Origin: a bacterium
Lineage (GTDB): Bacteria; Arandabacterota; Arandabacteria; Arandabacterales; Arandabacteraceae
Direction: 5' to 3'
Assembly (NCBI GenBank): GCA_025774845.1
Contig: JALGZP010000006.1
Location: forward strand, 1,284 to 65,283
Length of the DNA stretch: 64,000 nucleotides
Below the pieces are notes generated by a model that had not been told where the DNA came from, searched no databases, and saw only the letters and a program-made list of their open reading frames with translations. A program made the position numbers and the translations under genes. Positions within the stretch are counted from its first letter, which is position 1, and every line of letters starts with the position of its first letter. Positions 57,363 through 64,000 of this stretch are shown in pieces.

Positions 57363-57875
57363 TCACAGACAGCCCTTGAGCTTCAGCGATGCGACTAACT
57401 CGCTCTCGGTCATCATGGTCACATCAACACGCATCCGAGGCCGCATTTTGACCTCATTGATACAGTCGCTGAATAAACTTGTCTTTGCGGCCCGCGAGCT
57501 CTCCTTGAGTAGGACGCACCGGGGGAGAAGGCTACTGGTAGTGGACATGAACCACAATACTACAGTCTCATCCCGTTCCACGCTGAGGGGAAGCCGCAGT
57601 TCGTAAGCCCCGGAAGCGGTCGTATGTCCCACCTCGACAAGGAGGCCATCCGCGAAGAGTTTGACCATGACGCCCCCGATCGGGTTGCCATCGGAACCGA
57701 CAACATCGCCCACGACCATCTGCTCGGGAAAAGGCAGGGGAGCACCCTTATCAAGTATGCGGTCCACTGTTGAGCGTGTAGCGGCGTCGTCGGCCTTCGA
57801 TCCGGGCTCGACCGCGTGACCAGCCGAACACAAAACAGCTAGAATCACACAGGAGATCAGAATTAAACGTTCCAA
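57363..57875 (-). CDS. small secreted protein with carboxypeptidase-regulatory-like beta-sandwich
   Basis: The likely TTG start at 57875 lies 7 nt after GGAGG and gives the signal peptide (M)ERLILISCVILAVLCSAGHA. VVGDVVGSDGNPIGGVMVKLFADGLLVEVGHTTASGAYELRL resembles CarboxypepD_reg. The ORF track extends to 57980. Confidence 0.6.
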   Translation of the reverse strand: MERLILISCVILAVLCSAGHAVEPGSKADDAATRSTVDRILDKGAPLPFPEQMVVGDVVGSDGNPIGGVMVKLFADGLLVEVGHTTASGAYELRLPLSVERDETVVLWFMSTTSSLLPRCVLLKESSRAAKTSLFSDCINEVKMRPRMRVDVTMMTESELVASLKLKGCL

Positions 57876-57996
57876 TTCTCTACCTCCTTTCAAGGCTACC
57901 AGCGGCAGGTTATCAAATCGCTGCCGGGCTGTCAACAATATCCAGGGTTGATTAAGGGAGGCCGAGCACTTATCTTTCAAGCAAAAGGAGGGTCAG

Positions 57997-58269
57997 TTGC
58001 CTACGTATGACTACAAGTGTACCAAGTGTGGTTATACCTTCTCGGTCGAGCAGAGCATGCTTGACAAACCCCTGGCCAGGTGCCGCAAGTGCCGGGGGAA
58101 ACTGGAGAAGCTGCTTCCGCAGAGTATCAGTCTGATCTTCAAGGGCTCGGGTTTCTATGAGACGGACTACAAGAAGAAGACCCCCAAAGATACCGCTGAT
58201 TCCAAGTCCGGCAAGAAGAGTGAACGCAAAGATACCGCTGATTCCCAGTCCGGTAAGAAGGAGAAGTAA
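57997..58269 (+). CDS. FmdB-family zinc-ribbon protein with repeated Lys-rich tail
   Basis: PTYDYKCTKCGYTF...ARCRKCRGKLEKLL (CxxC...CxxC). The tail holds two 14-aa repeats, KDTADS(K/Q)SGKK.... Confidence 0.75.
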   Translation: MPTYDYKCTKCGYTFSVEQSMLDKPLARCRKCRGKLEKLLPQSISLIFKGSGFYETDYKKKTPKDTADSKSGKKSERKDTADSQSGKKEK

Positions 58270-58278
58270 TACCCCGGT

Positions 58279-58716
58279 CTACTTAGCCCAGTGCTTCCTG
58301 GCTATCTCCGCAAGGATTCTCTCGATCTGCTCCTTGATTCTCGCCTCCGCGCTTGGCTCGAAGAAAGCCTTCTGGATGCGGCCGAGATCATCCTTTTTGA
58401 CGTAGCGAAGCGACTTGAGCGCCTCCATCGGAAGGAGTATGTCTTTGGAGACCCTGACTTCCAGAGGTTTGCCGTCCGCTTTGGTCTTGGGGTTATTGTA
58501 GGGATTCATGCCCATGGCCCAGCCATGCGCCAGCATGCCACAAAACGCGATTCTCAGCTTGTGCCAGTCCGCCTTTGAGATGTCCGGCATCTCGGCCACC
58601 AGCTTATCAATGAGACCATCGACTACCGCAGCTCCCTGCTTTGCGACCCTTGCATCGAGCGGGATCTTCACCAGATTGACAAACATATGGCCTATTATCT
58701 TACGCGTTTCTGACAT
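58279..58716 (-). CDS. hypothetical protein (145 aa)
   Basis: Clean ATG-to-stop ORF with coding-like composition. No motif recognised. Confidence 0.55.
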   Translation of the reverse strand: MSETRKIIGHMFVNLVKIPLDARVAKQGAAVVDGLIDKLVAEMPDISKADWHKLRIAFCGMLAHGWAMGMNPYNNPKTKADGKPLEVRVSKDILLPMEALKSLRYVKKDDLGRIQKAFFEPSAEARIKEQIERILAEIARKHWAK

Positions 58717-58889
58717 GACTTACTCCTCTTCGGGTCCCCATTCAGGTAGTTGCGTTCTGTACTTAGTAATCGGCACATCGTCTGATGCCTTTGAGCAAAA
58801 TCACATTGACATCGCCAACCAAATGTTGAAGAATATGATCACAGGTTCAGGGCCTCTGTCAAGGACTAACGAGAATGAGGGGTTATTCT

Positions 58890-59495
58890 ATGGGTAAGTT
58901 GGCCACCGGCTTTCTGACCGGTATCGTACTTATCAGTCTGCAGTCGGTTTGTCTTGCGGATGACACATATCCTACGAATCTCGAGCTTGTCGAGCGAGCG
59001 GTCAGGGCTGCCGTCGATTCGATGGACGTCGCCCCGCCCGGAAGCGGCAGACCGTATCTTCAGATCGAAGCGGGCACCGGTGAGGATGCCTCGTGGAGGG
59101 TGCAGGCGGGTGAAGATGACCCGGCCGAGGATCCGGCCCAGGAGACTTCCTACCTGCTCAGTCTGCGGATCACGGACCTTGAGCTCAACTACGGCAGGAG
59201 CTGGAGACGATATGTGCTCGTGGGCAAGATCATAGAGCGAATCGCGAGGGTATCATTTTACTACGAGCTGGTTAAACGGTCGGATGGACAGGTACTGGCG
59301 TCTTCAAATGCAAGAGCTGAAGTCAGAGATAACGTGCCGGCTTCCATGGTGCCGCTGCTGAGTGACAGTGAACACGGCTTTGCGGCCCCCGAGATGGAGA
59401 AGGGACAGTGGGACCGCTATCTTGAGGGTGGGCTGGTTATAGCAATCATAGGTGTGCTCATCTACCTGTTCTATTCAAACAAGACCGCTTCTTGA
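58890..59495 (+). CDS. hypothetical secreted protein with C-terminal membrane anchor
   Basis: ATG at 58890 gives the signal peptide MGKLATGFLTGIVLISLQSVCLA. C-terminal TM GGLVIAIIGVLIYLFY. The ORF track starts at 58875. Confidence 0.55.
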   Translation: MGKLATGFLTGIVLISLQSVCLADDTYPTNLELVERAVRAAVDSMDVAPPGSGRPYLQIEAGTGEDASWRVQAGEDDPAEDPAQETSYLLSLRITDLELNYGRSWRRYVLVGKIIERIARVSFYYELVKRSDGQVLASSNARAEVRDNVPASMVPLLSDSEHGFAAPEMEKGQWDRYLEGGLVIAIIGVLIYLFYSNKTAS

Positions 59496-59518
59496 TGACC
59501 CCTGGAAGAGATCGGTTC

Positions 59519-60301
59519 ATGCAAAGAAAACTGCTGTTTGTGATTTCTCTTGTCACGGTTGCCGTGGTTGCCTGCTCGGGTGGGCAGGACAAGTCTGCGG
59601 TGCGTCCGGAGGAACGTCTCGTAATCGCGGACAGGTTGCAGGGGGAAGGAAAGTGCTCTAAGGCGATCATCGAGTATGAGCAACTGCTTTCCGAGTTTCC
59701 CGCCCAGTCCGTCGCAGAACGGGCGGAGTTCAGTCTGGCCAGCTGCCGTATGGAAATCGGTGAGTATGACCTGGCAGTGCGCGACTTTGAGGATTTCATC
59801 GATTCCTACCCCGGGAGTGAGCTTGTCGATAACGCGATGTACATGATTGCACTGAGCTATATTGAGCAGGCGCCCCGCCCGGAAAGGGATCAGACCGAGA
59901 GGGTGAAGGCCTTAAGCGAGCTCATTCTCCTGCTTCGGGAGTACCCGGAAACCGATCTCAAGCAAGACGCCGAGCAGCTCGTGGCGGAGTGCAGATCGAC
60001 ACTGGCTGAGAAGGAGTATCTCAGCGGTGATCTCTACCTGAAGCTCGGCTATTACAGGTCTGCACGCATCTATTTCGACAGTGTGCTCAAGGAGTACGGT
60101 GATACTCCCTGGGCCCAGCAGGCGTTGCTCGGAAAGGGAATCGCACTGGTCGGTGAGGGCAAACTCAGCGAGGCAAGACTTGCCTATGAGGAATTGCTGA
60201 GGGACTACCCGGAGAGTCCCGCGGGGGATCAGGCTGCACGGAGACTGAAGGAGCTCAGAGGTGCAATCGAAAGCCAGACGGAAACCTCCTCAAGCGAATG
60301 A
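59519..60301 (+). CDS. bamD: BamD/YfiO-like outer membrane assembly lipoprotein (TPR)
   Basis: Lipobox-like MQRKLLFVISLVTVAVVACSGG. FEDFIDSYPGSELVDNAMYMIALSY, ERDQTERVKALSELILLLREYPETD and LKLGYYRSARIYFDSVLKEYGDTPWA follow the BamD pattern. The ORF track starts at 59492. Confidence 0.7.
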   Translation: MQRKLLFVISLVTVAVVACSGGQDKSAVRPEERLVIADRLQGEGKCSKAIIEYEQLLSEFPAQSVAERAEFSLASCRMEIGEYDLAVRDFEDFIDSYPGSELVDNAMYMIALSYIEQAPRPERDQTERVKALSELILLLREYPETDLKQDAEQLVAECRSTLAEKEYLSGDLYLKLGYYRSARIYFDSVLKEYGDTPWAQQALLGKGIALVGEGKLSEARLAYEELLRDYPESPAGDQAARRLKELRGAIESQTETSSSE

Positions 60302-60902
60302 TATAAAACGCCTCGGCTTGTTCGGCGGGACTTTCGACCCCATCCATTGCGGACACCTGATCTGTGCCGAGCAGTTGCGCGAAGCAATCGGTCTCGACCT
60401 GGTTATGTTCATCCCGTCGAGCAGTCCTCCACATAAGCCTGAATACACGGCCGCATCTGCCTCACACAGGCTTGAGATGGTGAGGCTGGCGGTTGCGGAC
60501 TACGACCACTTCACCGCCTCAAATATCGAGGTCCGGAAGGGTGGAGTCTCCTACACGGTTGATACCGTCAGAGAGATCCGGAACCGCTATGGGAAGGACG
60601 TCGAGTTCTGGTTGCTGATGGGGATGGACGCCTATCTTGATCTTCCGAACTGGAAGGAACCCGACGTCGTAGCGGCCGAGTGTTCCTTCGGGATCGCCCG
60701 CAGACCCGGTTATGTGAACAGTATTGACCCCGGGCAGGCCACGGCCGGGAAGCAGTTCGTGGACATCACGCTGGTCGAAATCTCGTCCACCGGGATACGT
60801 GAACGGCTGTCGGAGGGCCGGAGCATCAGGTTTCTTGTGCCCGGGAGCGTCGAGCGGTATATCGAACAGCACAAACCGTATCCATCCGCATCTAAAGACT
60901 AG
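60261..60902 (+). CDS. nadD: nicotinate-nucleotide adenylyltransferase
   Basis: RLGLFGGTFDPIHCGHL (the (H/T)xGH motif) and ISSTGIRERL (ISST motif). The GTG start is uncertain; as drawn it overlaps the bamD-like gene by 41 nt. Confidence 0.88.
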   Translation: MQSKARRKPPQANDIKRLGLFGGTFDPIHCGHLICAEQLREAIGLDLVMFIPSSSPPHKPEYTAASASHRLEMVRLAVADYDHFTASNIEVRKGGVSYTVDTVREIRNRYGKDVEFWLLMGMDAYLDLPNWKEPDVVAAECSFGIARRPGYVNSIDPGQATAGKQFVDITLVEISSTGIRERLSEGRSIRFLVPGSVERYIEQHKPYPSASKD

Positions 60903-61010
60903 AGAGCCCTGCCCCGGGCCCTGCACGGAGGTATTGACGGGGGATGGCGTTTGTGATAACTTTAGGAGGTTTCTCCAGGTTTCTGGTTGACCCCATAGGG
61001 AGAGAGTAAC

Positions 61011-61214
61011 ATGCCTGAGATAAAAGTCGACAAGGAGCGGTGCAAAGGTTGTGAATTCTGCATACTTTACTGTCCAAAAAAGACGATTAGCCTGTCGGCG
61101 GGCTTCAATACCAAGGGCTATCACTATCCGGAGTGTACTGATCCCGAATCCTGTACAGGCTGTGCGATGTGCGGGTGGATCTGTCCTGAGGTAGCGATAG
61201 AGGTCTATAAATAA
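61011..61214 (+). CDS. 2-oxoacid:ferredoxin oxidoreductase delta subunit (2x[4Fe-4S] ferredoxin)
   Basis: CKGCEFCILYCP and CTGCAMCGWICP cluster motifs. 67 aa. First gene of a D-A-B-G (oorDABC-like) order. Confidence 0.85.
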   Translation: MPEIKVDKERCKGCEFCILYCPKKTISLSAGFNTKGYHYPECTDPESCTGCAMCGWICPEVAIEVYK

Positions 61215-61234
61215 AAGAAAGATGGAGGGCTCAG

Positions 61235-62332
61235 ATGGCTGAAGAACGCCTGCTAATGAAGGGTAATGAGGCTATCGGTGAGGCTGCCTTGAGGGCAGGC
61301 TGCCGCTTTTACGCAGGGTACCCCATCACTCCTCAGAACGAGCTCACCGAATACATGTCGAGACGTATGCCTGAAGAGGGTGGAACCTTCATTCAGGCCG
61401 AGAGTGAAATAGCTGCAATAAACATGGTCTACGGGGCATCTGCGGCGGGTGCGCGAACAATGACGTCATCGTCCGGACCGGGTATCAGCCTCAAGCAGGA
61501 AGGTATCTCATACCTGTGTGGCTCTGAGCTTCCCTGCTTCTATGCCAATATCGTACGTGGGGGACCCGGACTGGGCAATATTGCCCCCGCACAGTCGGAC
61601 TACTTTCAGTCCACACGAGGTGGGGGACACGGGGATTACAGGGTAGTGGTGTTTGCCCCGAGCACCGTCCAGGAGCTGGTCGATCTTACAATACTCGGGT
61701 TTGAGGTAGCCGACCGCTACAACAATCCCTCGATGATCCTCGGTGACGGCATACTAGGCCAGATGATGGAACCGGTGGTGATGAGGGAATCTGTCACTTA
61801 CGATCCGAGCGGTAAGACCGGATGGGCGCTTGGAAACTCCGAGGGCCGGGAGCGCCACATGATCACGTCAGTCAGACTTGCCCCGGGTACGCTCGAACGA
61901 CACAACGTACACCTCAGGAAGAAGTACCTGGAGATAGAAGCCAAAGAAGTCCGTTACGAACTCTATGAGGTCGATGATGCCGATGTGGTTATCATCGCAT
62001 ACGGGACGGCCGCCAGGGTAGCGAAGTCGGCGGTGACCGCGGCGAGGGAAAAGGGCGGGATCAAACTCGGTCTCTTAAGACCGATCACGCTCTGGCCGTT
62101 TCCCACCGATGCCATTGCCGACCTTGCCAAAAACAAGCAGGATATCCTGGTAGCGGAAATGAGTTTCGGACAGCTTTATGAGGATGTCCGGTTGAGTGTG
62201 TGCGGCAAGGCCAAGGTGTCGCTACTGGCCCACACGGGTGGAGGGCTGCCCACTGAGGATGAGATCATAGAGGCGGCGGGCAAGTGCGTAGCATCGAGTG
62301 AACCGGTTGAGATATATCCTGTACTTGAATAG
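61235..62332 (+). CDS. 2-oxoacid:ferredoxin oxidoreductase alpha subunit
   Basis: LMKGNEAIGEAALRAGCRFYAGYPITPQNELTEYM and AESEIAAINMVYGASAAGARTMTSSSGPG. Confidence 0.9.
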   Translation: MAEERLLMKGNEAIGEAALRAGCRFYAGYPITPQNELTEYMSRRMPEEGGTFIQAESEIAAINMVYGASAAGARTMTSSSGPGISLKQEGISYLCGSELPCFYANIVRGGPGLGNIAPAQSDYFQSTRGGGHGDYRVVVFAPSTVQELVDLTILGFEVADRYNNPSMILGDGILGQMMEPVVMRESVTYDPSGKTGWALGNSEGRERHMITSVRLAPGTLERHNVHLRKKYLEIEAKEVRYELYEVDDADVVIIAYGTAARVAKSAVTAAREKGGIKLGLLRPITLWPFPTDAIADLAKNKQDILVAEMSFGQLYEDVRLSVCGKAKVSLLAHTGGGLPTEDEIIEAAGKCVASSEPVEIYPVLE

Positions 62333-62344
62333 AACCTACTGGAG

Positions 62345-63115
62345 GTGAGGAACTTGGAGAAGGTCTTTGGGAAACCCGAGAGCCTGAGTGACAGGCCATT
62401 TACCTATTGTCCCGGCTGCGCGCACAGCCTTGTCCATCGTCTGACAGCCGAGGCCATAGACGACCTCGGTGTGATGCCGCGATGCATAGGTGTTGCATCG
62501 GTGGGGTGCTCGGTTTTCTCTGACCTGTACTTCAATTTCGACTTCATTCAGGCGGCGCACGGCCGTGCCCCGGCAGTGGCCACAGGTATAAAGCGGGTGA
62601 AACCGGATTGCGTATTGTTCACCCACCAGGGTGACGGCGATCTGGCCTCTATCGGAACGGCGGAGTTGATTCACAGCGCGAACAGGGGCGAAAAGATAAC
62701 GATAATCTTTGTGAACAACGCTATCTACGGTATGACGGGCGGGCAGATGGCCCCGACGACCTTGATAGGTATGAAGACGACGACATCACCACTCGGAAGA
62801 CAAGCCGAGGTTCAGGGCTATCCCTTGAGGGTCTGCGAGCTGATACGCGAGCTCAAGGGTGTTGCGTATCTTGAGAGGACCGCGGTAAACAACCCGCAGA
62901 ACGTCCTGAAGACCAAGCGCGCCCTCAAGAAGGCGTTTCAAGCTCAGCTGGACGGTCTCGGGTTCTCGCTCGTAGAGGTGGTTTCGCAGTGTCCCACCGG
63001 CTGGGGAATGTTGCCGGCGGACTCGCTTGAGTGGCTGGAGAAGGAAATGGGCGCGTATTTCCCGCTGGGTGTTTTCAAAGATGCCAAGGCCGAAGAACCT
63101 CAGGAGGTTGCCTAA
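62345..63115 (+). CDS. 2-oxoacid:ferredoxin oxidoreductase beta subunit (TPP-binding)
   Basis: FTYCPGCAHSLVHRL, GDGDLASIGTAELIHSANRGEKITIIFVNNAIYGMTGGQ. A TTG at 62354 (9 nt after GGAGG) is an alternative start. Confidence 0.9.
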   Translation: MRNLEKVFGKPESLSDRPFTYCPGCAHSLVHRLTAEAIDDLGVMPRCIGVASVGCSVFSDLYFNFDFIQAAHGRAPAVATGIKRVKPDCVLFTHQGDGDLASIGTAELIHSANRGEKITIIFVNNAIYGMTGGQMAPTTLIGMKTTTSPLGRQAEVQGYPLRVCELIRELKGVAYLERTAVNNPQNVLKTKRALKKAFQAQLDGLGFSLVEVVSQCPTGWGMLPADSLEWLEKEMGAYFPLGVFKDAKAEEPQEVA

Positions 63116-63134
63116 GAGCAGGAAGGGGGCGTTG

Positions 63135-63671
63135 ATGACGACCAGAGTGATTATGGCCGGTTTTGGGGGACAGGGAGTTGTCCTCATGGGGACGCTTCTG
63201 TCTTACTCCGCTATGGTACAAGGAAAACATACGACGTTTTTCCCTTCCTACGGTGCAGAAATGCGGGGCGGGACCGCCAATTGCTCGGTTATAGTCTCCG
63301 ACACTGAGATTCCATCTCCGGTTGTCAATGAACCCGACTGTGTGATTGCGATGAATATCGCGTCATTGGATAAATTCGAAAGCCGGATACGGCCCGGCGG
63401 TGTCATCTTTGTGAACTCCTCGCTTGTCAAGAAGAAGGTAGCCAGGGACGACATCGAAGAGATCAGGGTGCCGGCGAATGATATCGCCGAAGGGCTCGGT
63501 GCTTCCAGAGCTGCCAATATGGTGATGCTCGGGTGCGTGCTGAAGAAGACCGGGGCCGTTGCCGTTGACTCGGCGGTCAAAAGTCTTGAGAAGGTCCTTT
63601 CAGAAAGGGCTATGGCGCTCCTCGAGCTCAACAAGAAAGCCCTCCAGAGAGGATTCGAAGAGGTCTCCTAG
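63135..63671 (+). CDS. 2-oxoacid:ferredoxin oxidoreductase gamma subunit
   Basis: ATG at 63135 gives MTTRVIMAGFGGQGVVLMGTLL...FPSYGAEMRGG, typical of the gamma subunit. The ORF track starts at 63027, inside the beta gene. Confidence 0.88.
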   Translation: MTTRVIMAGFGGQGVVLMGTLLSYSAMVQGKHTTFFPSYGAEMRGGTANCSVIVSDTEIPSPVVNEPDCVIAMNIASLDKFESRIRPGGVIFVNSSLVKKKVARDDIEEIRVPANDIAEGLGASRAANMVMLGCVLKKTGAVAVDSAVKSLEKVLSERAMALLELNKKALQRGFEEVS

Positions 63672-63724
63672 ATTAATCATTTGCGATCGTCCGCCCCCAT
63701 CATCTCGTTAGCGAGGTATATCTC

Positions 63725-64000
63725 TTGATCTGTGCTCTTAACGGCAAACCTGTATCCCAACTGGTCCGGGAGGTTACGCGGCCGGGCAGGTACTGCGGTA
63801 ACGAGATCAACTTTCCTCAGAAGCGCGACGGGCGGCTGAAGTTTCTCCTGTGTTTCCCGGATCTTTATGAGATAGGTATGTCAAACATGGGGCTGAGGAT
63901 CCTCTATCACACCTTGAACGCCCATCCGGATTTTCTGGCGGATCTGGCGTTTGCCCCCTGGGTCGATATGGAGGCATTCATGAAAAAAGAGAATGTCTCG
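63725..64000 (+). CDS. radical SAM/B12-binding-domain family protein, N-terminal fragment (runs off the window)
   Basis: Not in the ORF track because there is no stop in the window. From TTG 63725 the frame reads LICALNGKPVSQLVREVTRPGRYCGNEINFPQKRDGRLKFLLCFPDLYEIGMSNMGLRILYHTLN...FAPWVDMEAFM. That is the conserved N-terminus of an uncharacterised radical SAM family (PaRYiGgE...FPDvYEiGMS). Confidence 0.6.
   Translation, partial: MICALNGKPVSQLVREVTRPGRYCGNEINFPQKRDGRLKFLLCFPDLYEIGMSNMGLRILYHTLNAHPDFLADLAFAPWVDMEAFMKKENVS

Noticed and set aside
58785-58798. ATGCCTTTGAGCAA, weakly similar to the hairpin-repeat loop
   Set aside because: The match is only about 14 nt with a gap and has no flanking inverted repeats, so it cannot be told apart from chance.

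Overview
The window is a gene-dense chromosomal segment of moderately high GC from a Gram-negative (diderm) bacterium. About 59 CDS are supported, almost all on the + strand, many joined by 1-8 nt start/stop overlaps. I saw no rRNA, tRNA, CRISPR array, transposase, integrase or phage genes. Housekeeping genes I recognise: coaX (partial), groEL, uppP, uvrA, the glycine cleavage genes gcvT-H-PA-PB, a lipoate-protein ligase family gene, nadD, bamD-like, and a four-subunit 2-oxoacid:ferredoxin oxidoreductase. The rest is mostly cell-envelope biology. It includes exbB-exbD-exbD-tonB, a TolC/adaptor/FtsX-permease efflux set, a murein-peptide recycling trio, and an MglA-type GTPase with a TPR partner. 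It also holds two paralogous three-gene cassettes: a TonB-dependent-receptor-like barrel, a secreted protein with a T9SS-like C-terminal domain, and a PorV-like barrel. These point, by inference only, to an uncultivated FCB-superphylum-like lineage. The strongest candidate for an undescribed system is an eight-gene, translationally coupled cassette at 22961-30104. It encodes a GlmL-like actin-fold ATPase, a barrel-sandwich protein and six membrane proteins, and it sits exactly between gcvPB and the lipoate ligase gene. Other items worth follow-up:
- tandem paralogous secreted Trp/Tyr/Cys-rich proteins behind a near-consensus promoter with an embedded 16-bp palindrome;
- an intergenic hairpin repeat family with compensatory stem changes;
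- a hairpin element flanked by 17-bp direct repeats that duplicates the uppP 3' end;
- an MglA carrying a ~150-aa C-terminal extension.
All functional calls come from reading the translated motifs by eye. No database search was run.
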